Positions 9,426 to 19,416 of a DNA stretch of 64,000 nt are shown here, one piece after another; position 1 is the first letter of the stretch; each line of letters begins with the position of its first letter. Location: positions 96,001 through 160,000 of the forward strand of contig CAZALK010000003.1 of the NCBI GenBank assembly GCA_964486045.1, read 5' to 3'. Origin of the DNA: an uncultured archaeon. GTDB taxonomy: Archaea; Asgardarchaeota; Lokiarchaeia; Sigyniarchaeales; SOKP01. Under the pieces are notes generated by a model that was not told where the DNA came from, did not search any database, and was given only the letters and a program-made list of their open reading frames with translations. The position numbers and the translations under genes are program-made.

Positions 9426-10505
9426 TTATTGTACGAAAGTTGCTGCATTTTTCAATGCTTCTTCTGCGTCCTTTATAACTGTTGTAATGATGTCCGATAC
9501 ACTCTCGATTTTATTTATTACTCCGATACTTTGACCCAATAAAACTCCTCCGTTTTCCATATCGCCTTGATAAGCAGCAAAAGCTGCTCTTGCATCTTTT
9601 CTTAATTCTTCGGCAAGGTCTTCCTTTGAAATTGCGGTACGGTGGTCTCCTAATGCATTTTCCTCAGCTATTTTTTCTTCTTTACTTTTAACTAAGCCTT
9701 TTTCAAGAGCATATTTATTCTTCCAATACCTAATCGTTCCTAAGCTTCCCGTCCTTATAATAGTATCTTGAGCTTTAGCTGGTGGTACAACACCTTTATA
9801 ATTTTCATGAAATTCACTGTCTTTAGATGCTATAAATCTTGAACCCATCGCAACTCCCCCAGCACCTAAAGCTAATGCTGCAGCCATACCTGCTCCGGTG
9901 CCATATCCTCCGCACGCGATTTTCGGGACATCTGGATGTTTTTGCTGTACTTGCTGTAATAGAACTAACCCACCAACTTTTTCATAAGATTGGTGACCCC
10001 CACCTTCAAAACCGGTTACAACAAGGCCGTCGCAACCTGCAGCCACGCATTTGTTCGCCAACCAGAGCGCAGGGGCAACATGGAAGTGTTTTATATTCGA
10101 ATTTTCCCTTAGTTTCTGAAAATCCTTGTTTAGAGGCATTCTTGATGCAGAACCCGCACTTGTAAGCGCATATAAACATTGTTCTCGCAATTTTGGGTTT
10201 CCCATAATATGTTTTGAGGTTTCAGAAATTAAATTATCGCAATTAACAGTATTTCTTGAAGTTCTAATATTAAACCCAAAAATCCCACTGGTATGCTCGA
10301 CTACGTAATCAAGATTTTTTTTCATCGCTACTATCGCATCTGGTTCCCTGCCATCCATTGATTGGTTTGCATGAGAGATCATTCCAAGTCCACCCTCTTC
10401 TGAGACCGCAATAGCTAGTTCAGTGGTTCTAAAAGGGCCCATTGCGGCGTTTGCAATTGGATGCTTAATTCCAAACATTTCAGTAATATTTGTTTTTAAT
10501 GTTAT
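9426..10505 (-). CDS. Nitronate monooxygenase/FabK-family flavoprotein
   Basis: GIKHPI..AMG, EGGGH, GG motif, AMGSRF, GQSIG. ORF track starts at 10478; start placed at ATA 10505, 6 nt after a GGTGA SD, which restores KTNITEM. Confidence 0.88.
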   Translation of the reverse strand: MTLKTNITEMFGIKHPIANAAMGPFRTTELAIAVSEEGGLGMISHANQSMDGREPDAIVAMKKNLDYVVEHTSGIFGFNIRTSRNTVNCDNLISETSKHIMGNPKLREQCLYALTSAGSASRMPLNKDFQKLRENSNIKHFHVAPALWLANKCVAAGCDGLVVTGFEGGGHQSYEKVGGLVLLQQVQQKHPDVPKIACGGYGTGAGMAAALALGAGGVAMGSRFIASKDSEFHENYKGVVPPAKAQDTIIRTGSLGTIRYWKNKYALEKGLVKSKEEKIAEENALGDHRTAISKEDLAEELRKDARAAFAAYQGDMENGGVLLGQSIGVINKIESVSDIITTVIKDAEEALKNAATFVQ

Positions 10506-10614
10506 AATAAATCACCTTCTATTCTAATTAAATTGTAACCTAAATAAAATTAATTATTTCTAATTTTAATTTCCCTCTGAAAAAACTGTACTATACTGAA
10601 ATTTTTTAATGACT

Positions 10615-10986
10615 TTATTTCTTTGAGACTTTATTTATATCTTCATTAGTTATCTCTGGCCAACAAAACATTTCTTGTTCTGAGACAGTAGCAATCTTGA
10701 TTGCTAACTCTGCATCAAAAAGACCACGATCAATAATTTCTCCCCAGAGTTCCAACACACCATTAGCCTCCATTGGGATGAGATAACTTTCTTTTCTATT
10801 TCTTACAAATATATACAGTTCATCACTTGAATAAAGATCGCCTGTTTGAAAACATACTCGAATTACATTCTTCCACTCAAAATGATCTTTCCAAGATTCC
10901 CCTCCAGGAGGTTGGACGTCTCTATATACATAAGTATCATTAAATGTGACAGTATACCAATCTGATAAACTACTCATTTGTATCAA
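10615..10986 (-). CDS. Hypothetical protein
   Basis: 123-aa ORF co-oriented and tightly packed with neighbours. Confidence 0.7.
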   Translation of the reverse strand: MIQMSSLSDWYTVTFNDTYVYRDVQPPGGESWKDHFEWKNVIRVCFQTGDLYSSDELYIFVRNRKESYLIPMEANGVLELWGEIIDRGLFDAELAIKIATVSEQEMFCWPEITNEDINKVSKK

Positions 10987-10997
10987 TATAGTTAGTT

Positions 10998-11474
10998 TTA
11001 TTTTGTAGAAATCATATCTTTTGGAATTTTAACTGCGATAACTTCTCCTTGAACACATAGTATGCCTTTAGTAAATAATTTTACTTCTACTATTACTTTT
11101 CTCTCCTTAATTTCTTTTACACTCCCAATTAACTCCAGTTCTTGATTAATTGGGGTTAGTTTTATGTAATCGACATGAACAGAGGTGATTACATATCGTA
11201 ATTCAGGTTGTGTGCCCATTTTCCGTCCTTCTGATTTGTAAGCAGCAGCAGTTCCGGTTCCATGACAATCAATTAAAGATGCTAGTAATCCGCCATACAC
11301 ATACCCCGGAAAAGCAGTGTGGTATGGTTTTGGTGTAAATCTGGCAATACTCGTATTTTCATCATCACTCCAATAACTTTTAATTCTCAATCCATTATCA
11401 TTCAATCTTCCACATCCATAACAGTAACTCAGTTGATCTGAATAATAATCTTGAAAGGCTTTTATTTTCACCAC
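10998..11474 (-). CDS. PaaI-family hotdog thioesterase
   Basis: CYGCG..N..GL, PGYVYGGLLASLIDCHG; AGGAG SD. Confidence 0.88.
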   Translation of the reverse strand: MVKIKAFQDYYSDQLSYCYGCGRLNDNGLRIKSYWSDDENTSIARFTPKPYHTAFPGYVYGGLLASLIDCHGTGTAAAYKSEGRKMGTQPELRYVITSVHVDYIKLTPINQELELIGSVKEIKERKVIVEVKLFTKGILCVQGEVIAVKIPKDMISTK

Positions 11475-11555
11475 AAATCTCCTAATAAAATAAGTTTGAT
11501 GGTTATTTTATTAATTTGAATTTTACATCAAGAAATCTACCCATATTAAAAAATC

Positions 11556-11909
11556 TTACTTTTTATAGTAGTCAAGAACTTTAAGAGCAAATCTGCTTAA
11601 TACTGTTGCTGGTCCGCCCCCCATTTCAATTGCTACTTCTAATGCTTCAATTATTTGGTTATCAGATGCCCCAGAATTTAATGCTTCATTAATATGCCAT
11701 TCCATAAAAGATTCACAATTGATAATTACAGAGATACCGATAGCAATAAGCTCTTTATACATTTTGTCTAAATAATTATCTTTGTAGGTGTTCCTCTCTA
11801 ATTCAAGAAAACTTTGATATACTTTTGACTTTTTATTTAATAAAAACTCATGAGCTTCTTTCCTACCAGAAAGGATTCTCTCAATTTTCTCTTTATCTTT
11901 TTGGTCCAT
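11556..11909 (-). CDS. Carboxymuconolactone decarboxylase/AhpD family protein
   Basis: KELIAIGISVIINCESFMEWH...GAS..QIIEALEVAIEMGGGP; expected CxxC reads CESF. Confidence 0.85.
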   Translation of the reverse strand: MDQKDKEKIERILSGRKEAHEFLLNKKSKVYQSFLELERNTYKDNYLDKMYKELIAIGISVIINCESFMEWHINEALNSGASDNQIIEALEVAIEMGGGPATVLSRFALKVLDYYKK

Positions 11910-11979
11910 GATAATTAAAATAATTCAAAATTCTTATAGAAATCTGTTTTCGATAATCAAAATGGTATAATATTCAAAT

Positions 11980-12555
11980 TTGAACTTAGTATTTTCAATA
12001 ATATTTTTTACCGATATTGATAATAATTCTATTGATATACTTTTGGTGGTACACAATAATATTAAGAAAAAACTGGTTTTTCGTATCAATCGCAATAAGA
12101 AATCGAAAAAAAAAAATGTAACCGATTTAGATCGGGGTGAAATAGTAAAAAAATTAAACGGTCGAACTCTTATGGTTTATTTTGTACTTCTAAATAAAAA
12201 ATTCATTGGTGTGCGCGAGTTACAGCGGCATTTAGAACTTTCTAGCCCAAGTGTTGCAAAGTACCATCTTGAGAAATTAGAAAATTTAAATCTAGTTGAG
12301 AATAGAAATGGCGTATATCATCTTAGAAGAAAGGCGGATTTGCCATTATTAACTTCATGGGTTTTGATAGGAAAACAGCTTATCCCAAGGGTTATTTTTG
12401 CGGCCTTGTTTTTTACTTTTCTTTTTATTGGTTATTTATTCTTTGTTTATACCTATTGGAATAAAGATAGCTTATTTGTTATATTGTTTGGAATAGCAAT
12501 CATGATTTTTGTATGGATGGACGTGATCTTACAATTCAAACATAAACCGATATAG
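11980..12555 (+). CDS. Membrane-anchored winged-helix transcription regulator (start uncertain, probably near 12100)
   Basis: GRTLMVYFVLL...GVRELQRHLELSSPSVAKYHLEKLENLNLV wHTH followed by two TM helices. Confidence 0.8.
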   Translation: MNLVFSIIFFTDIDNNSIDILLVVHNNIKKKLVFRINRNKKSKKKNVTDLDRGEIVKKLNGRTLMVYFVLLNKKFIGVRELQRHLELSSPSVAKYHLEKLENLNLVENRNGVYHLRRKADLPLLTSWVLIGKQLIPRVIFAALFFTFLFIGYLFFVYTYWNKDSLFVILFGIAIMIFVWMDVILQFKHKPI

Positions 12556-12684
12556 TGTAAAACATAACCTTCATTAATATCTCAGCGTAATTTCTGTAAA
12601 ATCATCCACTGTTCTAAACTGTAGTATAATAAATTCTGGTGATATAATGTAATATGTAAATGAAATTGAATTAAGAGAAAAAAA

Positions 12685-15600
12685 ATGAATAGAAGCAGAA
12701 AAGGCAGTATCTTCTTATTATTGATATGTATTCAATTTTTTTTGATGGGTTTTAGCGTTATGGGAACCAGTTCCTATAATGGAAATGAGCAGGAAATTCC
12801 TCAAGGACAAAAAATTAAAAGTGACACCATGTCACATTCATCTCCTTACTATTTTCCTACTAATAAATCATCCCCATTGATGACAGACGTATCAGAGGGG
12901 TTAGATTCTGATAAAAATCCCAAACTTGCTAATTATTATTACAATAATGATTATGTCTTAACACTCAATTTAGATAAGTCAGTTCTTACAATTGGTGAAA
13001 CTCTTACATTAAATTTAGGTTTAACTTGTAATCTATCTGCGTCACCAGGAAAAGTAATATCAGTAGAAATCTATGAAGGATTTTACCGCAATTATTATTA
13101 CTACTATCCTAATTATTATGAGTCTGGAACTCCAATATATACAGAAGATCTTACAACTAATGCAGACGGTCAAGCTTCAATGACGTTCTCATCCACTACA
13201 TCTGAAGGGATGTATACGGTTTACGCCTATACAGAGGATAGTCGAATTTATAAAGATTTTACAATTGGTGAAGCTGGTATATTCTACAAAGGACCAAGAT
13301 TTTATAAACCCAACCAACATTACAGCGCTGCTGTTCATGTTGTTAATCTCACTGACTTTTCAGGTATGCCCTTAGCGTTTTTTAATTATTCAATTTCTTA
13401 TTATCTATATTCTTCTTCGAGTTGGAATATTTTAGCAGCAGACCAAGTACAGACAGATGATACGGGGTATGCGGTTTTAAATACTGACATCCCTTTGGAT
13501 GCGGATAATTATAATGTCCTTAGATTAACCATATCCACTCTTGATGGTAAAGCAGAATATCAAGCCTTTTTATATGAGAGTTGGGATTATTACTATTATT
13601 GTATGTGGGGAGGTCAGCAAAAAACTATTCAGGAAAAATTTCAGTATGTAGTAACAGCAGATAAAACCATTTACAATCCTGGTGATATTGTTTTACTAAG
13701 AGCATTAGTAATGCAATACTCATTTATGAACGAAACAAAAGTTGCGTTGCAATATACCCCAATTTCCTTAATAATCTATAATCCGGATGAATTTGCTGTA
13801 TTTTGGACAGATATTGCTACTGATGAGTATGGAATATTGTCTTTTAATTTTCCGTTAGATGAAGATTGTGAGCTTGGAAATTATGGATTCGAATTTAGTT
13901 ATTCAGGTGAAACATATAGGTACAATATAAAGGTTGATTATTACGTTAAACCAGTTTTCAGAGTGGAAATAGATACAAATGAGAAGGATTTTTATTCTGC
14001 TAATGAAAAATTATTTGAAGGTTTTGTTTTTGCATCTTATTACTTTGGTCAACCGGTAGTAGGGGCATCTGTAGTACTCACAATTCAAAACCATTGGGGG
14101 GAGATTAAAAAAGTAATAGAGGGATACACGAATGGTGAAGGCAGATTTTATTTTTCAACAAATTTACAACTTATCCCAGATCTAGATTATTCTTTTAACG
14201 TACAAGCTGAAGTAACAGATATTTACGGAAGGAGTGCATCCAGTGAAAAAACCTACACCCGTATAAAAGAATTATATGCTTATGGGTACTTAACTGATTG
14301 GGCACCTCATCCTGATGATACTTTAGAATACTATTTCTACGCATTTCAGTACGTTATGTCTGATTGGTATTGGATGTATAATCCTTTAGCAAATATATCA
14401 GTCAAAATTGAAATCTTAGGAATCGCAAACTATCCCTTCCCTTTAGTGTTCAATTTTAGACACTTGATTGCAACATATTCTAAAACAACTAACATATTTG
14501 GATCAGGGAAACTGGAATTTAACTTGCCATTAGCTATTATTAAGATTTACAATCTTTTTGAAATTAGGCTAACAATTAGTTTAGAGGATGGACGAACTTC
14601 AACCTCCTCATATTATTATAGATATAAGAAATACAGTTTGGATATTAATATTATAAATTCTACTTTAAATCCAGGTAATATCCTTGAATTTGAAGTCACT
14701 TTTAAAGATGTTCTGACTGGTTATTCTAGCACAGGTGAAGGTAAAATCTATATTTATGACGCTAATCATCAATTGATAGGTCAAGTTAGTGATTTTATCT
14801 CTGGGAGTAAAACTTATAATTTTTTAATACCAGATTCGTCTCCTGAAGGGAGGTATTATATTTATTCTTATGTTTATTCCCGCCCTAATCAATATTATGG
14901 TGGATTTAATTATCATTCCGCACATGAATCCTTTATTGTGGGAAGTCTTCAATCTATATCAATTGTTTCCAATTTTAGTAATTCTGGAACTTATTATGAT
15001 AAAATTATTGTTCAGATTGGTGACGTTATAGAGATTAATGGTACATCAAACGTAACAGCCAATATTCAGCATTACATGGAAATCTATAAGCGCGGATTAC
15101 TTTTTTCGTTTCCGTTAGAAGTTATTAGCAATAATTTCTCGCATATTTTGTCAGTTCTTCCAGAATACGCTCCTGATTTTACGATAATTATATATACAAT
15201 CTCTGATTCAGGAAAGCTTTATGAAACTATCCTAACGGTTCATGTTGAGTATGCTTATAGCTTAAATCTGTCAACAGATAAAGAAATTTATGAACCTGGA
15301 GATCTAGTAACTCTTACGATAACACCATCGGAAAATACTACTTCAGTTGTTGCACTTTCATTTATTGACAGTGCTGTACTTGATGTAGAACCCGAAGATG
15401 ACTCTGAATTAGCATATTTTACAAAACGTCCCTATTCAGCATATATTAGCTCAGGAAGCTCATGGGGATTTGGATTCAGTGCTGAAAGTTATTGGTGGTT
15501 TGGTTATGGAAGGCCTTCAGGAGGAATTCGTTATTTGGAAGTCAACGATCAAGTATTCTTTTTAGATAGCTACTATGCAGGATCATTAGAATCACGGACT

Positions 15601-18600
15601 GACTTCAAATCTGATAGTTTTTCGTTCGATGAATTAGTCTCTAATTTTGAAACAGAGATTAGAAAGAATATATCGGAGTCAGCAAATTGGATGCCTAATT
15701 TAATAATATCAAAACCCACAGAAATTACCTTTAAACTACCCGATAATATCGGAGAATGGACTATTAGAGCTGTGTGTAATAATATTTTTAAGGACTCAAA
15801 TGCCATTATTCTATGGGGAGATGTGGTAACTAAACAAATTAAAACCTTTTTGCCATTTTTTGTTGAATTCGAGATACCTGAACCAGTTTTTCAAGATGAT
15901 ATCCTAAGCGTAAAAGGTTATATCTACAATTATATTGGAACCGATGTTTATGCTACAGTTGCGATTAGTGCCCCTGAGCTTATTATATTAAATAAAGACG
16001 TTCAAGAATTATATATCCCTGATGGATTTGTTTCTGAAATAGAGTTTTCTGTATATTGTATAAAACCTTACTCCCAGAATATCACTCTTTTAGTTGTTAC
16101 AGAATCTGGGGGAGTAAAGTATTCAGATGCAAAGCAGTTGACTACTTATATCAAACCCAATGGTATAGAAATCATTAATAGAACAATTGGTTTTTTAAAT
16201 GCAACTGATGGGTCACTCCTCCTAAATTATACAATTGATCCATTAGCAATATATCATAGAGAGACATTAGCTTTATATACAGACCTGATGGACATTTCTA
16301 TTGATAGTTGGCAATCTCTTATCGGGTACCCCTATGGATGTATAGAGCAGACAATATCTAAGACAATGCCAACTGCTTTAATATTTAATTATTTAAATCA
16401 AACTGGGCAACTCACTAATAATTTAGAGCAAGAAATGACTCTAATGATATTAGAAGGGCTCAGTCGAATTTATAACTTTCAGCATAATGATGGTGGTTGG
16501 GGCTGGTGGCGAGATGATGCGTCTAAAATTATTATGACCTCTATTGTCATATCCGCATTAAACCAAATTGAAAAAGTTGGATTTCAAATTAATCAATATA
16601 TCTTGAATAAAGGAATTGATTATTTAATTGCCCATCAACAACCGAATGGTGCCTGGGATTTTCAGGAATATTCTTCAAATACCTTGGAAGCTACGGCTTT
16701 TATTCTAAAAGCACTCATAAGTTCCAATAACATAACCACCGAAATGAACACAGCTATTAATAACGCAATTGGAAAATATACAAATTTATGGAATGCTGGA
16801 GATATGCAGAGTTCTTATGGAGCATCTCTTTTTTACATCGCAACTAAAGCTAATATTTATGAAAATATCACTCTAAATAATGTTTTAATCCAATTTATTA
16901 AAGATAATTTTGTAGCTGAGGACAATACAATATTTTGGGAAAGCGATATAAATAATATATGGTATTGGAGAAAATTAGGGAATAAAGTAGAAATTACATC
17001 ATATGCCACATGGGCTCTTGCAATGGATGATTATATTAGCAATTACGCTCTTATCCAAAAAGCTGTAAGGTTTTTGTTAGATCAACGTAATCGCTGGGGA
17101 TGGGGATCAACAGCTGATACTTCAGCTGCGATTGCAGCATTAACCGCAATTAATGGGGTTATGATTGGAGGTGGATTTATTGATTTCAACGGAACTATTT
17201 CGGTAGTAGTTAATAATTACACACCACCTCAACATTTTTTAAATTTTACAGAATCTAATAATTATCCTGACGAAATTCTGTTATACCTTGATAATCTTGA
17301 AACTGAAATAATTAATACAATAAATATCACACTTGAGGGTTTTGGTAATATTTGCTATATTTTTGAAAGCACACAAATATTACGATCAGATCCAAAAATA
17401 GAGATTCCGGAGATTATTGAAGTTTCTCAGAATGAACAATTCTATTTTTATTTAGAATTCTCTGAAATTGATGAAAGAATGCCACTCGTAGATACTACAA
17501 TATCATTACTTAATATCCCTCAAAATTTCTACGATTCAGAAGCAAATTATACGATTTTTAACCCACTCATTCTTAATGGGAGTAAAGTGTATTTTCCTTT
17601 AATAGCACCAGACATAGAAGGTGATTATTTCTTAGAAGGAGTTTCAATATTAGGTTATATTCAATACAATGATACTTCAACTAATTCTTCACGATTACAA
17701 CCTTTTCAGAGAACAGTAGGACCTACAATTATACGTGTTGGAGCAAAATCGCAATCCTTATTTCCAATGATCAATTCAATTAATGCTTCAGGATCAGGAC
17801 AACAGATTTTATCTCTAATAAAAGAAATTTCTAAACAGAAATATCTAATTTCAGGAGAATTAATAAATATAACGATAAAAATAACTAATAATGGAGATGT
17901 GCGCCAATTTTATGTTGTAGATGATGAACAGCCTACAGGCACAGTTTTCATACCTGATTCTGTTGAAATTTCAGGCAATTATTCTGACTCAGAAGTTACT
18001 CATGAAATATATTCATCTGGAATTCATTTCTTTTTCCCTATTTTAACCAAAGGAGCTACTGAAATTACATATCAAATTCAGGTAAATAATATTAAAAATG
18101 CATATTCTGGTCAATGCAACCTTTGGGGCATGTATGATGATACGTATATCTCTGCAAAATCTATCGTATTGGAAAATATTCCAAGAAAATATTTTACAAG
18201 CAATTTGGTTTATCAAGATTTATTACTACCATCAATTTTAAATGCTAGTGTACTGCAAAGTTTTAAAACTCCGAATATTGAGCTAAGAGTTAATGTCCAA
18301 GCAATGGATAATAACATTATACACAAAATTCGGGTCATCTTTTCACAAGATTCTGGTTGGAGGGCTCAAACTCTTTATTCAATGAGAGATCAAGATGATT
18401 TTTCAATTAACATTACTGATCTTAAAAACATTAATTCTATTGTAACACTGTTTATAGAAGTCTCTGATATTTATGGTAACACAGCCACTTTGATTTTACT
18501 ACCAATAAGGATAACCATTTATGAGCTCATTCCATATCTAATAGTTGGTGCAATTGTGGGCTTTTCCCTCGGAATCGCAAGTATATCTTCAGTTCTTTAT

Positions 18601-18699
18601 AAAAAATTTGAAAAAAAGAAGCAAAGAAAAAAAAATAACCTACTTGAGAAACCAGAAGAAAAATTTTCATTTGAATCTTCTAAAAATGAGAATTTTTGA
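12685..18699 (+). CDS. Alpha-2-macroglobulin family thioester-containing protein, secreted and C-terminally membrane-anchored
   Basis: Signal peptide; MG motifs (DKTIYNPGD, TDKEIYEPGD); LPDNIGEWTIRA; YPYGCIEQ thioester (CIEQ at 16339-16350); QHNDGGWGWW; WGSTADT; C-terminal TM and Lys-rich tail. Confidence 0.93.
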   Translation: MNRSRKGSIFLLLICIQFFLMGFSVMGTSSYNGNEQEIPQGQKIKSDTMSHSSPYYFPTNKSSPLMTDVSEGLDSDKNPKLANYYYNNDYVLTLNLDKSVLTIGETLTLNLGLTCNLSASPGKVISVEIYEGFYRNYYYYYPNYYESGTPIYTEDLTTNADGQASMTFSSTTSEGMYTVYAYTEDSRIYKDFTIGEAGIFYKGPRFYKPNQHYSAAVHVVNLTDFSGMPLAFFNYSISYYLYSSSSWNILAADQVQTDDTGYAVLNTDIPLDADNYNVLRLTISTLDGKAEYQAFLYESWDYYYYCMWGGQQKTIQEKFQYVVTADKTIYNPGDIVLLRALVMQYSFMNETKVALQYTPISLIIYNPDEFAVFWTDIATDEYGILSFNFPLDEDCELGNYGFEFSYSGETYRYNIKVDYYVKPVFRVEIDTNEKDFYSANEKLFEGFVFASYYFGQPVVGASVVLTIQNHWGEIKKVIEGYTNGEGRFYFSTNLQLIPDLDYSFNVQAEVTDIYGRSASSEKTYTRIKELYAYGYLTDWAPHPDDTLEYYFYAFQYVMSDWYWMYNPLANISVKIEILGIANYPFPLVFNFRHLIATYSKTTNIFGSGKLEFNLPLAIIKIYNLFEIRLTISLEDGRTSTSSYYYRYKKYSLDINIINSTLNPGNILEFEVTFKDVLTGYSSTGEGKIYIYDANHQLIGQVSDFISGSKTYNFLIPDSSPEGRYYIYSYVYSRPNQYYGGFNYHSAHESFIVGSLQSISIVSNFSNSGTYYDKIIVQIGDVIEINGTSNVTANIQHYMEIYKRGLLFSFPLEVISNNFSHILSVLPEYAPDFTIIIYTISDSGKLYETILTVHVEYAYSLNLSTDKEIYEPGDLVTLTITPSENTTSVVALSFIDSAVLDVEPEDDSELAYFTKRPYSAYISSGSSWGFGFSAESYWWFGYGRPSGGIRYLEVNDQVFFLDSYYAGSLESRTDFKSDSFSFDELVSNFETEIRKNISESANWMPNLIISKPTEITFKLPDNIGEWTIRAVCNNIFKDSNAIILWGDVVTKQIKTFLPFFVEFEIPEPVFQDDILSVKGYIYNYIGTDVYATVAISAPELIILNKDVQELYIPDGFVSEIEFSVYCIKPYSQNITLLVVTESGGVKYSDAKQLTTYIKPNGIEIINRTIGFLNATDGSLLLNYTIDPLAIYHRETLALYTDLMDISIDSWQSLIGYPYGCIEQTISKTMPTALIFNYLNQTGQLTNNLEQEMTLMILEGLSRIYNFQHNDGGWGWWRDDASKIIMTSIVISALNQIEKVGFQINQYILNKGIDYLIAHQQPNGAWDFQEYSSNTLEATAFILKALISSNNITTEMNTAINNAIGKYTNLWNAGDMQSSYGASLFYIATKANIYENITLNNVLIQFIKDNFVAEDNTIFWESDINNIWYWRKLGNKVEITSYATWALAMDDYISNYALIQKAVRFLLDQRNRWGWGSTADTSAAIAALTAINGVMIGGGFIDFNGTISVVVNNYTPPQHFLNFTESNNYPDEILLYLDNLETEIINTINITLEGFGNICYIFESTQILRSDPKIEIPEIIEVSQNEQFYFYLEFSEIDERMPLVDTTISLLNIPQNFYDSEANYTIFNPLILNGSKVYFPLIAPDIEGDYFLEGVSILGYIQYNDTSTNSSRLQPFQRTVGPTIIRVGAKSQSLFPMINSINASGSGQQILSLIKEISKQKYLISGELINITIKITNNGDVRQFYVVDDEQPTGTVFIPDSVEISGNYSDSEVTHEIYSSGIHFFFPILTKGATEITYQIQVNNIKNAYSGQCNLWGMYDDTYISAKSIVLENIPRKYFTSNLVYQDLLLPSILNASVLQSFKTPNIELRVNVQAMDNNIIHKIRVIFSQDSGWRAQTLYSMRDQDDFSINITDLKNINSIVTLFIEVSDIYGNTATLILLPIRITIYELIPYLIVGAIVGFSLGIASISSVLYKKFEKKKQRKKNNLLEKPEEKFSFESSKNENF

Positions 18700-18901
18700 A
18701 ATCCATTCACAGTTCTTCATTTTGAACTAATCCTAAATCTTATAAGGACATGAGCATCATAGTTATTTTTGGTGGTATTAAGACCAGAATCTAAATATAG
18801 TCTAAGAGTCCATTAAGAGTTCCTATTCTTAAACTATATATTAAATCCTTGGAATATTAATATTATAAAAAAACAAAAAAAACAAAAAAGTGAAAAAAAA
18901 A

Positions 18902-19123
18902 ATGACCCAAGCTTATGAAGAAGTAATGGAAATGAAAAGTCTTGAAGTTGAAGAGATTGAACAACCTGAAGTTCAAGAATCAATAGAAAGTGAAGTTGAT
19001 GAACTCCTTGGAGATTTAAATCCAAGATATTTTGAGGAAGGTTTTTCAATGAATGAAGCAAAAGACAGAATCGAATCAGCTAAAGCTTATTCGGATTTTA
19101 GCTTCAATACATATGGATTTTAA
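18902..19123 (+). CDS. Small acidic hypothetical protein
   Basis: Glu-rich 73-aa ORF from ATG 18902 (track uses GTG 18890), followed by a T-rich tract. Confidence 0.7.
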   Translation: MTQAYEEVMEMKSLEVEEIEQPEVQESIESEVDELLGDLNPRYFEEGFSMNEAKDRIESAKAYSDFSFNTYGF

Positions 19124-19416
19124 ATAATTTTTTCTCTCCTTTTTAATTTTATATAACAATTTTAAATAATAAATGTATTATCCAATTTACCCCCTATGAG
19201 GATATCAAGTTTTGTAAATATTCGTCTAAAAAAAAAGATTAAATCAAATCAAAAATATCCTTATTTTGAGTCTATGGACATTAAGAATCCTTAAAATTTT
19301 TGAGATAGTTTAAATTAAGTTTATTGTATTTCGACTTTTTTTAGAATTTTTATTAAAAAAAGATCGACAAAAAATTAATTTTAATAGTTCTGCAGACTTA
19401 TTCAACTCACTAAAAG

